Part shown: positions 56,756 through 64,000 of the stretch, one piece after another | Layout of the letters: the number at the start of each line of letters is the position of its first letter | Position numbering within the stretch: position 1 is the stretch's first letter | Virus record (IMG/VR): IMGVR_UViG_3300020456_000005 | DNA: 64,000 nt | Strand: one strand, 5' to 3' | From: a virus | The notes under the pieces: model-generated | Databases searched by the model: none | Told to the model about the DNA's origin: nothing | What the model saw: the letters and a program-made list of their open reading frames with translations, nothing else | Made by a program: the position numbers and the translations under genes

Positions 56756-56967
56756 TGTGGCAAATTTGGAAATACGCATTAGGTAGTTTCAGTGACGACA
56801 AGACAGCTCCTTTTGATAATTACGTTGCTATCATACGCACCGTTATTTTTGTTAGTTACATGGTCACTAACGCTTTTATTATATTTGGAGTAATTAGACA
56901 CTGGAATGACGTACCAACTGAAAGACTATCTCTACAGTATCAATCAATCAAAAAAGAGTATTCTTGA
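56755..56967 (+). CDS. Hypothetical membrane microprotein
   Basis: WKYALGSFSD...GVIRHW; one TM segment. Confidence 0.6.
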   Translation: MWQIWKYALGSFSDDKTAPFDNYVAIIRTVIFVSYMVTNAFIIFGVIRHWNDVPTERLSLQYQSIKKEYS

Positions 56968-57298
56968 TGGCGACCTTGATGCTGAGCGAGGTTATCCTCC
57001 TTACATTATTAACAGGTGCCTCAGCTCTTTTACGGATACTGTCTTATTTTCCAATGAGATGAATAAGAACCCGCATCTACCAAAGAAGATGCAGTATGAC
57101 TTTTTTATAAATAGTGTGAAGCCAAGGAAGCGTTTCTCTCCTTGGGCTCGTAAAGATTCTATTGATTATCTTGAGTTAGTAAAAGAGTATTATGGTTATA
57201 ATGACGATAAAGCACTCCAAGCTCTTAGGATTCTCACTAAGGATCAACTAGATCATATTAAAAAGGCATTGAGCAAAGGTGGAAAACATGAGCGGTGA
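56906..57298 (+). CDS. g62: Clamp loader small subunit gp62
   Basis: YPPYIINRCLS, QYDFFIN, KRFSPW, EYYGY...A..AL.IL. Confidence 0.93.
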   Translation: MTYQLKDYLYSINQSKKSILDGDLDAERGYPPYIINRCLSSFTDTVLFSNEMNKNPHLPKKMQYDFFINSVKPRKRFSPWARKDSIDYLELVKEYYGYNDDKALQALRILTKDQLDHIKKALSKGGKHER

Positions 57299-57713
57299 AA
57301 CTGAGATCCAGTGGAAACAAAATGATATGGTAGAAGTGGTTCTTAGTGAACCTGATGATTTTCTAAAAGTGAGAGAAACGCTAACAAGGATTGGTGTTGC
57401 ATCACGTAAGGAAAAAAAGATCTATCAATCTTGTCACATCCTGCATAAGCAGGGAAAGTATTATATTGTACACTTCAAAGAGTTGTTCGCTCTTGATGGA
57501 AAGAATACAAATTTCTCTTTAAATGATTTTCAGAGGAGAAATAGAATTGCACAACTCCTTTCTGATTGGGGTTTAATTTCTGTTGTTAATAAAGAAAAAA
57601 TTGAAGATCTTGCTCCATTAAATCAAATCAAAGTACTTGCTTTCCGTGATAAGGAAGCTTGGACTCTTGAATCTAAGTATAATATTGGTCGTAAGAAACA
57701 GGAAACCGAATAA
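57288..57713 (+). CDS. regA: Translational repressor RegA
   Basis: DFLKVRETLTRIGVA, QSCHILHKQGKYYIVHFKELF; TATAAATA at 57106-57113 upstream. Confidence 0.97.
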   Translation: MSGETEIQWKQNDMVEVVLSEPDDFLKVRETLTRIGVASRKEKKIYQSCHILHKQGKYYIVHFKELFALDGKNTNFSLNDFQRRNRIAQLLSDWGLISVVNKEKIEDLAPLNQIKVLAFRDKEAWTLESKYNIGRKKQETE

Positions 57714-57721
57714 TATCTTTC

Positions 57722-57850
57722 GGTTTATACACCATATAAACCAAGGCTACCACTATAAATACCTCCGTAAGAGGTGTGGGACTGCGGTCCCCCTTTTACT
57801 CCAAGTATGATGCCGTATGGGTCATACACTTAATGTTGCTTACGAGGACA
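57722..57850 (+). promoter_or_regulatory. Late promoter (57754-57761) and multi-hairpin leader of hsp20
   Basis: Four inverted repeats, TATAAATA and a GAGGA SD. Confidence 0.65.
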
Positions 57851-57855
57851 CAATC

Positions 57856-58260
57856 ATGGTAGACTTTCAATGGGAAACCTATACCCCATATTCAATTGGA
57901 TTCAATGAAACATTCAGCAGACTTGAAGCTCTTGCAGGAGGTGGAAAGAATTACCCTCCTTACAACATCGTTAATGGAACTGATGGTAGAACCACTTTGG
58001 AAATCGCTCTTGCTGGATTTTCAAGAGGAGATATTAAGGTTGAGACAGAAAGGAATGTTCTAACAGTCTCTGCTGAAAAGAGTCCAGAAACAAAAGACAG
58101 GGAATATACACACCGAGGAATATCTTATAAAACATTTGCAAGAAACTGGCAAATGGCAGATGATGTAGAGGTTGAATCAGTTGATTACGAGGATGGTCTT
58201 CTCACCATCGTACTCAAAAAAGAACTCCCCGAACATCAGAAAAGAAAGACTTGGTTTTAA
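57856..58260 (+). CDS. hsp20: Small heat-shock protein
   Basis: NYPPYNI, LEIALAGF, HRGI...F.R, DGLL.I.L...PE. Confidence 0.94.
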   Translation: MVDFQWETYTPYSIGFNETFSRLEALAGGGKNYPPYNIVNGTDGRTTLEIALAGFSRGDIKVETERNVLTVSAEKSPETKDREYTHRGISYKTFARNWQMADDVEVESVDYEDGLLTIVLKKELPEHQKRKTWF

Positions 58261-58269
58261 ATTAACATA

Positions 58270-58295
58270 AAGGGGACTTGACGGTCCCCTTTTTA
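58270..58295 (+). terminator. Rho-independent terminator after hsp20
   Basis: AAGGGGAC-TTGACG-GTCCCCTT followed by TTT. Confidence 0.85.
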
Positions 58296-58306
58296 CTTGC
58301 TATACT
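58278..58306 (+). promoter_or_regulatory. Sigma70-type promoter embedded in the terminator
   Basis: TTGACG (hairpin loop)-17 nt-TATACT with an extended -10 TG. Confidence 0.7.
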
Positions 58307-58326
58307 ACTAGAAACGTTTTTAAACT

Positions 58327-58728
58327 ATGGCTGAATCTATTGATCATAATGTCCGTATCATTCATCTGATGACTGGTGAACATGTTATCTGTAACTTCAC
58401 TCAGATTAGGGAAGAAGATAAGTTTGTTGCATATCAAATGCTTTATCCTCTTACCCTTACTCTTTCCCAAGAGGATGGAAATGTTGAAGCTTACAACGTA
58501 ACATATCGCAGGTGGAATCCTTTCACTCCTTATGAGGATCATCGGGTATCTCCTACTGCAGTGGTTACTGCAATGCCACCTTCTGGTGAGATCCTTCTTA
58601 ACTACGTGACTAAATTAAAAGAGGCAGGTGTTGATCTTGCTTTCCTACCTAATAATGGAGATGATATCCTTGGAAAAACTACTGAAAGTGCTGTTACTGA
58701 AGGACCAGTGGCTGCTGGCGCAAGTTGA
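58327..58728 (+). CDS. Conserved hypothetical protein (Sm-like fold predicted)
   Basis: IIHLMTGEHVI...YP...W.PF......V....VVT...P. Confidence 0.7.
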   Translation: MAESIDHNVRIIHLMTGEHVICNFTQIREEDKFVAYQMLYPLTLTLSQEDGNVEAYNVTYRRWNPFTPYEDHRVSPTAVVTAMPPSGEILLNYVTKLKEAGVDLAFLPNNGDDILGKTTESAVTEGPVAAGAS

Positions 58729-58936
58729 AGAAATTGAAGATGTAACGTTTGGTGATCCAGACTGCATCTTAGTTGATCCTATGCTGATTGATGGGGACCA
58801 GTTGACAGACTGGCTCCCTTTTGCCACTAAAAAGGAGGCAGTCATCCGATCTTCTGATATAATTACATTTGTTGATCCGAGTAGCGACATGATTACTCGG
58901 TACTATGGTGGAAAACCCGCACTGCTTACTGAATGA
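58661..58936 (+). CDS. Conserved hypothetical protein (Sm-like fold predicted)
   Basis: GDPDCILVDP...WLPF...IRSSDIITFVDP; ATGA-coupled to g43. Confidence 0.7.
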   Translation: MISLEKLLKVLLLKDQWLLAQVEEIEDVTFGDPDCILVDPMLIDGDQLTDWLPFATKKEAVIRSSDIITFVDPSSDMITRYYGGKPALLTE

Positions 58937-61422
58937 AGTTTTATACTAATGTTGAACAGGCAGGCAACCGCCTGCTGGTCCGTGGTTATGAAGGTGGTCA
59001 ACCTTTTTCATACAGGGTATCTTTCAGTCCTACCCTGTATGTCCCTACAAAGAATTATTCTGAGTGGAGGACACTAGAAGGTAACTGCGTTGAACCTCTT
59101 AACATGGGTTCTATTAACGAAGCGAAAGAGTTCATCAAAAAGTATAAAGAAGTTGAGGAGTTTCCTATTTACGGAAACAGCAGGTATCTGTATCAATATA
59201 TTGCTCAAGAGCATCCCGAAGAAGAGATTCGTTATGACGTTTCTAAGATTCGTGTGTTTACTATTGATATTGAAACCGCAGCAGAGAATGGTTTTCCCGA
59301 CATTGAAACTGCAGACCAAGAGATCTTAGCGATCAGTATCAAAGATTCATATACTGGTCGCATTGTTGTCTTTGGAGCTCGTCCATTTGACAACAAAGAT
59401 TCTATGGTTGATTACATGCATTTTAATTCTGAAGAGTCAATGCTTTCAGCATTTCTTCAGTATTGGAATGAAAATTGTCCTGACGTTGTTACAGGTTGGA
59501 ATGTTCAGTTGTTTGATATTCCCTATATTGCTAGGCGTATTGATAGGGTACTTGGTGAGAAGTTTACTAGGACTCTTAGCCCTTGGAAACTTATTTCTTC
59601 TAGAGAGATTTTCATTAAAGGAAGAAAGCAGGTCGCTTATGATCTACCAGGAATTTCTACGCTGGATTATTATGACTTGTATAGGAAATTTACCTATCAG
59701 AATCAAGAGTCTTATAGGTTGGATCATATTGCCTTTGTTGAACTCGGACAAAAGAAATTAGATCACTCTGAGTACGATACATTCAAAGAGTTCTACGAGA
59801 ACGATTGGCAAAAATTCATTGAGTATAACATCCACGACGTACGTCTGGTTGATAAACTTGATGATAAAATGAAATTGATTGAACTTGCATTTACTATGGC
59901 ATATGATGCCAAGGTAAATTATGAAGATGTGTTCTCACAAGTTCGTATGTGGGACAACTACATTTATGTGGAACTTCTGAAGAGGAAGATTGCAATTCCT
60001 CCTAAAAAAGAAGCGACAAAAGATGCAAAATACGCAGGAGCATATGTCAAGGAACCGAAACCAGGATTCTATGATTGGGTTGTTAGTTTTGACCTTAATA
60101 GTCTGTATCCTCATCTTATCATGCAGTACAATATCTCGCCAGAAACACTCAGGGAAGCTAGACATCCCAGCGCGAGCGTTGAGGGGATTCTAAACAAACA
60201 AGTTGAACTAGATCCTGAGTTTTCTACGTGTGCTAATGGAGCACAGTACAGAAAAGATGTTCATGGATTCCTACCCCAGATGATGCAGAAGATGTATGAC
60301 TCTAGGGTTATTTTTAAAAAGAAAATGATTAAAGCGAAGCAGGAGTATGAAAAAACTCCTACTGTTGAACTCATGAATGAGATCGCTCGCTGTAATAATA
60401 TTCAGATGGCAAAGAAGATTTCTTTGAACTCTGCTTATGGTGCCATTGGTAATGAACACTTTAGATATTATCGTCTTGCTAATGCTGAAGCAATCACATT
60501 GAGTGGTCAGGTTTCAATTCGCTGGATTGAGAACAAAATGAATGAATATCTAAATAAACTACTCTCTACTGATAAGGTTGATTATGTTATCGCATCTGAC
60601 ACCGACTCAATTTATCTTAACCTCGGACCTCTTGTTAATAAATTTTTTAGTGCTAAGTCTGGCGACAAAGCAGCAATTGTGGACATACTTGACAAGATCT
60701 GCCAAGAGAAATTGGAACCTTTTATTGAACGTTCATATGAAGAACTTGCGTCGTACGTATCAGCGTATGACCAAAAGATGCAAATGAAGCGTGAGAACAT
60801 TGCAGACCGTGGCATCTGGACTGCAAAGAAGCGTTACATTCTTAATGTTTGGGATAGTGAGGGAGTTAGATATAAAGAACCCAAGATGAAGATCATGGGT
60901 CTTGAAACAGCAAGGAGTTCTACTCCTGCGTATTTTAGAGACAAGTTGTATGCAGCATTTAAGATTATTATCGGGAAAACAAATGATGAGCTTATCAATT
61001 TCATCAATGACGTGCGGTCGGAAACCCGAATGCGACCATATGAAGAAGTTGCTTTCCCGCGAGGAGTTAATAACCTTGCAAAATATCGCCACCCAAACGA
61101 AATATACTCCAAAGGGACTCCAATCCATGTGCGAGGAGCATTGTTGTATAATCACTATGTTAAAAAACACGGAGTAGAAAACAAACATCCTCTCATCCAA
61201 GAGGGTGAGAAGATTAAATTCATGTATTTGAAAACACCTAATCCAATCCATGAAAACTGTATCAGTTTCTTTGGGCAATTACCTAAAGAATTTGGTATTG
61301 AAAAGTATGTGGATTATCAGACACAGTTTGAGAAATCTTTCTTGGAACCATTAAAAAATGTGTTACAATGTATCGGATGGACCCATCAAAAAACTGTGTC
61401 AATTGGGAGTTTCTTTGAATGA
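58933..61422 (+). CDS. g43: DNA polymerase gp43 (family B)
   Basis: DIET, SFDLNSLYPH, KISLNSAYG, SDTDS, KKRY. Confidence 0.98.
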   Translation: MKFYTNVEQAGNRLLVRGYEGGQPFSYRVSFSPTLYVPTKNYSEWRTLEGNCVEPLNMGSINEAKEFIKKYKEVEEFPIYGNSRYLYQYIAQEHPEEEIRYDVSKIRVFTIDIETAAENGFPDIETADQEILAISIKDSYTGRIVVFGARPFDNKDSMVDYMHFNSEESMLSAFLQYWNENCPDVVTGWNVQLFDIPYIARRIDRVLGEKFTRTLSPWKLISSREIFIKGRKQVAYDLPGISTLDYYDLYRKFTYQNQESYRLDHIAFVELGQKKLDHSEYDTFKEFYENDWQKFIEYNIHDVRLVDKLDDKMKLIELAFTMAYDAKVNYEDVFSQVRMWDNYIYVELLKRKIAIPPKKEATKDAKYAGAYVKEPKPGFYDWVVSFDLNSLYPHLIMQYNISPETLREARHPSASVEGILNKQVELDPEFSTCANGAQYRKDVHGFLPQMMQKMYDSRVIFKKKMIKAKQEYEKTPTVELMNEIARCNNIQMAKKISLNSAYGAIGNEHFRYYRLANAEAITLSGQVSIRWIENKMNEYLNKLLSTDKVDYVIASDTDSIYLNLGPLVNKFFSAKSGDKAAIVDILDKICQEKLEPFIERSYEELASYVSAYDQKMQMKRENIADRGIWTAKKRYILNVWDSEGVRYKEPKMKIMGLETARSSTPAYFRDKLYAAFKIIIGKTNDELINFINDVRSETRMRPYEEVAFPRGVNNLAKYRHPNEIYSKGTPIHVRGALLYNHYVKKHGVENKHPLIQEGEKIKFMYLKTPNPIHENCISFFGQLPKEFGIEKYVDYQTQFEKSFLEPLKNVLQCIGWTHQKTVSIGSFFE

Positions 61423-61595
61423 GTAAGAAAGTCTTTGTGGTAACATGGACAAATCACGTAGTCGGTCAAATTGGATCTGAAGACATCAAATGTTTTGAAG
61501 ACTACAAAACTGCTCTTGCGTTTGCTAAACTAATGCGAGACAATTATACTTATGTAAACTTTTATGAGGATGAAGCAACACAATGGGATTTTTAG
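61419..61595 (+). CDS. Hypothetical 58-aa protein ([18 protein letters not shown]...), not in ORF track
   Basis: ATGA-coupled to g43; overlaps the uvsX start. Confidence 0.65.
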   Translation: MSKKVFVVTWTNHVVGQIGSEDIKCFEDYKTALAFAKLMRDNYTYVNFYEDEATQWDF

Positions 61596-62596
61596 ATACT
61601 GTAATTAAAGATAGTGGAAACGAATTTGCTGGTTTGGTTAGTGAAGGAGTTGCTGCTGGCGACATTACTAATTACGTTGATACTGGCAGTTATATCTTTA
61701 ACGCCTTGGTTAGTGGTTCGTTGTTTGGAGGCTTGCCTTCCAACAAAGTTACAGCCTTGGCAGGAGAATCAAGCACGGGCAAGACTTTTTTTGCTCTCAG
61801 CGTCGTTCGTAATTTCCTTGACGCTAATCCTACAGGTGGCGTCATTTATTTTGAAACTGAATCCGCCATTTCCCGTGACATGATTGAGTCTCGTGGCATT
61901 GACAGTTCTCGTATGGTACTGTTCCCTGTTGCTACCATTGAGGAGTTCAGGACACAGGCATGCAGGATCCTTGACAAGTATCTTAAGGAACCAAAGGAGA
62001 GCAGACAACCAATGATGTTTGTGCTAGACTCTCTTGGTATGCTTTCAACCAATAAAGAGATGGAAGATGTTGCTAACGACAAACAAGTTCGTGACATGAC
62101 CAAATCACAGTTGATCAAAGGTGCCTTCCGTGTGCTAACATTGAAGCTTGGTCAGGCACAAGTCCCTATGATCGTCACAAACCATACCTATGATGTGATC
62201 GGTTCCTATGTCCCTGCAAAGGAGATGGGAGGCGGTACAGGTCTTAAGTATGCTGCATCTACTATCATCTATCTTGGCAAGAAGAAGGAGAAAGATGGCA
62301 CTGAACTGGTGGGTAACATCATCAAGTGCGAAGCAAAGAAATCTCGTCTAACCAAGGAGGGTAGTAAAGTTGAAACTCGTCTATTTTTTGACGACCGTGG
62401 ACTTGACAAGTATTACGGGCTACTGGAATTGGGTGAACAGTACGGAATCTTCAAGCGGGTGGGGAATCGCATTAAGTTTGGTGAATCTTCTGTTTATCCT
62501 AAATCTATTCTCTCTAATCCTGAGAAGTATTTTACCGAAGAAGTAATGGCAAAACTAGAAGAAGCTGCCAGAGAAGAATTTACCTACGGAAACTAA
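61583..62596 (+). CDS. uvsX: RecA-like recombinase UvsX
   Basis: [33 protein letters not shown]. Confidence 0.96.
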   Translation: MGFLDTVIKDSGNEFAGLVSEGVAAGDITNYVDTGSYIFNALVSGSLFGGLPSNKVTALAGESSTGKTFFALSVVRNFLDANPTGGVIYFETESAISRDMIESRGIDSSRMVLFPVATIEEFRTQACRILDKYLKEPKESRQPMMFVLDSLGMLSTNKEMEDVANDKQVRDMTKSQLIKGAFRVLTLKLGQAQVPMIVTNHTYDVIGSYVPAKEMGGGTGLKYAASTIIYLGKKKEKDGTELVGNIIKCEAKKSRLTKEGSKVETRLFFDDRGLDKYYGLLELGEQYGIFKRVGNRIKFGESSVYPKSILSNPEKYFTEEVMAKLEEAAREEFTYGN

Positions 62597-63285
62597 TGAA
62601 CTATTCTGAATTTATTACTAAGTACAAAACTATTAAAGAAAAGGGATTTATTAAATCTCAACGTAAAGGTGATGGTGCTGTTGGTAATACATTTGAAGAT
62701 GAATTGGGACTGCAAGAAAATAACATAGCAGGACCAGACATTGAAGGTAACGAATTAAAAGTTAAGCGAGCAACTGCTAGTGGACTACAAACTCTCTTCA
62801 ACAAAGAAGGTGAGTGGCAAATGACACAAATTGAATTTCTTGAGGGATATGGATTCCCACATACCAAATATGTTGGTGAAAAAACTGCTCAATCTACAGT
62901 TAAAAAAACACCTAACAAGAGAGGGTATTATTTTGAAACTGATGAAGAGCATCTCTATGTTAAATGTAAAGATGTCACCATTGTAAAATGGAATTGGACT
63001 CAGTTGGTAGAGCAATTTGGTAAGAAATTTCCTAATTGTATTAAAGTATTAGCAGAGACAAAAAAGATTGGAGGTGTTGAATACTTTCATTATAATAAAG
63101 CATACTTGTTTAAAGGAACTACAAAAGAAAAGTTCAAAGAGTTAATTGAAGAAGATGTAATTTCTATTGACTTCAGACTTTACACTCAGTATAATAAAGG
63201 TAAGGGAGTAAGAAATCGTGGTACTGCTTTTCGTATCCGTCACGAAGATATGGATAAATTATTTGTTAAGGAGACTCTAAATTGA
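62596..63285 (+). CDS. MvaI/BcnI-family restriction endonuclease
   Basis: RKGDGAVGNTFEDELGLQENN...PD....ELK..R (PD-(D/E)xK), TLF, FLE.YG, I.IDFRL, RNRGTAFRI. Confidence 0.85.
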   Translation: MNYSEFITKYKTIKEKGFIKSQRKGDGAVGNTFEDELGLQENNIAGPDIEGNELKVKRATASGLQTLFNKEGEWQMTQIEFLEGYGFPHTKYVGEKTAQSTVKKTPNKRGYYFETDEEHLYVKCKDVTIVKWNWTQLVEQFGKKFPNCIKVLAETKKIGGVEYFHYNKAYLFKGTTKEKFKELIEEDVISIDFRLYTQYNKGKGVRNRGTAFRIRHEDMDKLFVKETLN

Positions 63286-64000
63286 AGGACACAATTCTCT
63301 TTGGTGATTGTCGTGAAACATTAAAAGAGTTTACTGGTAAGGCGAGGATGTGTGTAACATCACCGCCTTATTATGGTTTGAGAAACTATGGTGGTGAACA
63401 AGATCAAATTGGTCTGGAACAAACACCAGAAGAATATGTTGACAATCTCGTAAAAGTATTTCGTGAGGTAAGAAATTGTCTTACTGATGATGGAACATGC
63501 TGGGTTAATCTTGGTGATAGTTACTATAACTATAGACCAGGTAAAGGACAAGCAATTCATAAACAATCAGTATCTAAAACTAACCAAGATTTACCTAGCA
63601 CATGTGCTAGACGAGGTAACAAACTAGAAGGTCTTAAAGAAAAAGATCTTATTGGTATTCCTTGGATGTTTGCTTTTGCTATGAGAGCAGACGGATGGTA
63701 TCTAAGACAAGATATTATCTGGAATAAACCTAATCCTATGCCTGAAAGTGTACGAGATAGATGTACTAAATCACATGAGTATATCTTTTTGTTTAGCAAA
63801 AGTCAGAATTATTATTTTGATGTTGATGCTATCAAAGAACCAACTGTAGATGGTAAAGGATTGAAGCGTAAGAAAACTGTGTGGGAAGTTAAAACCAAAC
63901 CATATAAAGGAGCACACTTTGCTGTGTATCCACCAGAACTAATTGAACCGTGTATTAAATCTGGAAGTGAAGAAGGTGACATTGTATTAGATCCTTTTAT
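63282..64000 (+). CDS. N4-cytosine DNA methyltransferase, beta class (3'-truncated; not in ORF track)
   Basis: TTG start overlapping the REase stop; GDC, VTSPPYYGLRNYG..QIGLE, NLGDSY, KDLIGIPW, IIWNKPNPMPESV, HFAVYP, DIVLDPF at the window edge. Confidence 0.92.
   Translation, partial: MKDTILFGDCRETLKEFTGKARMCVTSPPYYGLRNYGGEQDQIGLEQTPEEYVDNLVKVFREVRNCLTDDGTCWVNLGDSYYNYRPGKGQAIHKQSVSKTNQDLPSTCARRGNKLEGLKEKDLIGIPWMFAFAMRADGWYLRQDIIWNKPNPMPESVRDRCTKSHEYIFLFSKSQNYYFDVDAIKEPTVDGKGLKRKKTVWEVKTKPYKGAHFAVYPPELIEPCIKSGSEEGDIVLDPF

Noticed and set aside
35682-61278. Longer minus-strand ORFs (35682-36182, 52519-53172, 60760-61278 and others)
   Set aside because: Antisense shadows of well-conserved core genes with no independent motifs.
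31489-62596. Introns/inteins in g17, g20, g23, uvsW, g43, uvsX
   Set aside because: All are continuous ORFs of ordinary length without intein or homing-endonuclease motifs.
1-64000. tRNA/rRNA genes or alternative genetic code
   Set aside because: No cloverleaf/T-loop signature in the short intergenic gaps; core genes translate full length with the standard code.

Overview
A 64-kb segment of a T4-like marine cyanomyovirus (Kyanoviridae-type), most likely infecting Synechococcus given petE, gnd and zwf. All credible genes are on the + strand. Layout: (1) 1-22.8 kb, variable tail-fibre/baseplate-associated structural genes, including a Gly-rich fibre with nested domains, a 1915-aa repeat protein, a 1563-aa fibre and a tandem-duplicated 'adhesin + chaperone' cassette; (2) g13-g16; (3) an auxiliary metabolic island between g16 and g17 (2OG oxygenase, petE, gnd, a 42-aa ndhP homologue missed by the ORF track, zwf, several membrane microproteins); (4) g17-g23; (5) g3, uvsY, uvsW, g55, g47, g46, a VWA/HExxH protein plus CobS-like AAA+ ATPase, g45, a denV-like gene, g44, dam, g62, regA, hsp20, g43, uvsX; (6) at the right edge, a translationally coupled MvaI/BcnI-family restriction endonuclease plus an N4-cytosine methyltransferase, i.e. 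an apparent phage-encoded type II R-M system. By manual scan the window lacks CCGG. Regulatory signals include T4 late promoters (TATAAATA), a repeated composite early-promoter motif with fixed 29-nt spacing, a palindromic divergent sigma70 promoter pair before g55, and a structured hsp20 leader. No tRNA, rRNA, CRISPR array, intron or reverse transcriptase was seen. All family calls come from motif recognition; no database searches were run.
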